A DNA stretch of 28,071 nt from a bacterium (lineage in GTDB: Bacteria > Hydrothermota > Tepidihabitantia > Tepidihabitantales > Tepidihabitantaceae): NCBI GenBank assembly GCA_046485285.1, contig JAWOHE010000044.1:1-28071 (forward strand), given 5' to 3'. Numbering within the stretch: the first letter of the stretch is position 1; each line of letters starts with the position of its first letter. The notes under the pieces were generated by a model. That model was given only the letters and a program-made list of their open reading frames with translations. It ran no database searches and was not told the origin of the DNA. Of this stretch, positions 27,949 to 28,071 are shown in pieces. The position numbers and the translations under genes were made by a program.

Positions 27949-27993
27949 TTCAGACTTATAACGGCGGACGGCGCGCTGTCAAACCGGCCGTAC
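27823..27993. repeat. Direct repeat copy 2: surE 5' region plus promoter (TTGACA-N16-TATAAG at 27955-27982, minus strand)
   Basis: 92 bp identical to 24055-24146, then diverged but colinear. Confidence 0.95.
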
Positions 27994-28071
27994 CCGTCCG
28001 CCCGTCGCGCCTTCGCGGCCAAGTCCATTTCCGCTGCCCGTCACTCCGGCCGGAACACAGCGCAGTGGAGA

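Noticed and set aside
27762-28028. 88-aa minus-strand ORF
   Set aside because: An off-frame reading of the surE duplicate; the meaningful frame is 27948-27814.
28041-28071. Possible 3' end of a minus-strand gene (..SHCAVFRPE*)
   Set aside because: Too short at the window edge to support.

Overview
High-GC bacterial DNA. The many secreted proteins with T9SS/FlgD-like C-terminal sorting domains resemble FCB-related candidate lineages such as WOR-3 (an inference, not a search result). The core (~2.3-24.2 kb) holds a heterodimeric ABC exporter, an Fpg/Nei glycosylase with an atypical N-terminus, a secreted cutinase/PETase-like hydrolase and a GT-B-like protein. It also holds an Rrf2/Fe-S protein/hcp operon with a palindromic operator, a DUF362 protein, an M19 dipeptidase, a CARDB-Kelch surface protein, kbl, deoC, a CofE-like ligase, murJ, a PAC2 protein and surE. 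At each end is a two-gene cassette of secreted sorting-domain proteins with less GC-biased codons, and the first gene of both cassettes carries a PDGGQS linker. The left cassette is hit by an IS3 element, a stop codon and a frameshift. The right cassette lies between two copies of the surE 5' end plus promoter (92 bp identical), has no integrase, and its first gene is out of frame at a G9 tract. Other oddities are small in-frame insertions in hcp and in a sorting domain, and a recurring TTGACA-N16-TAnnnT promoter geometry with several apparently leaderless genes.
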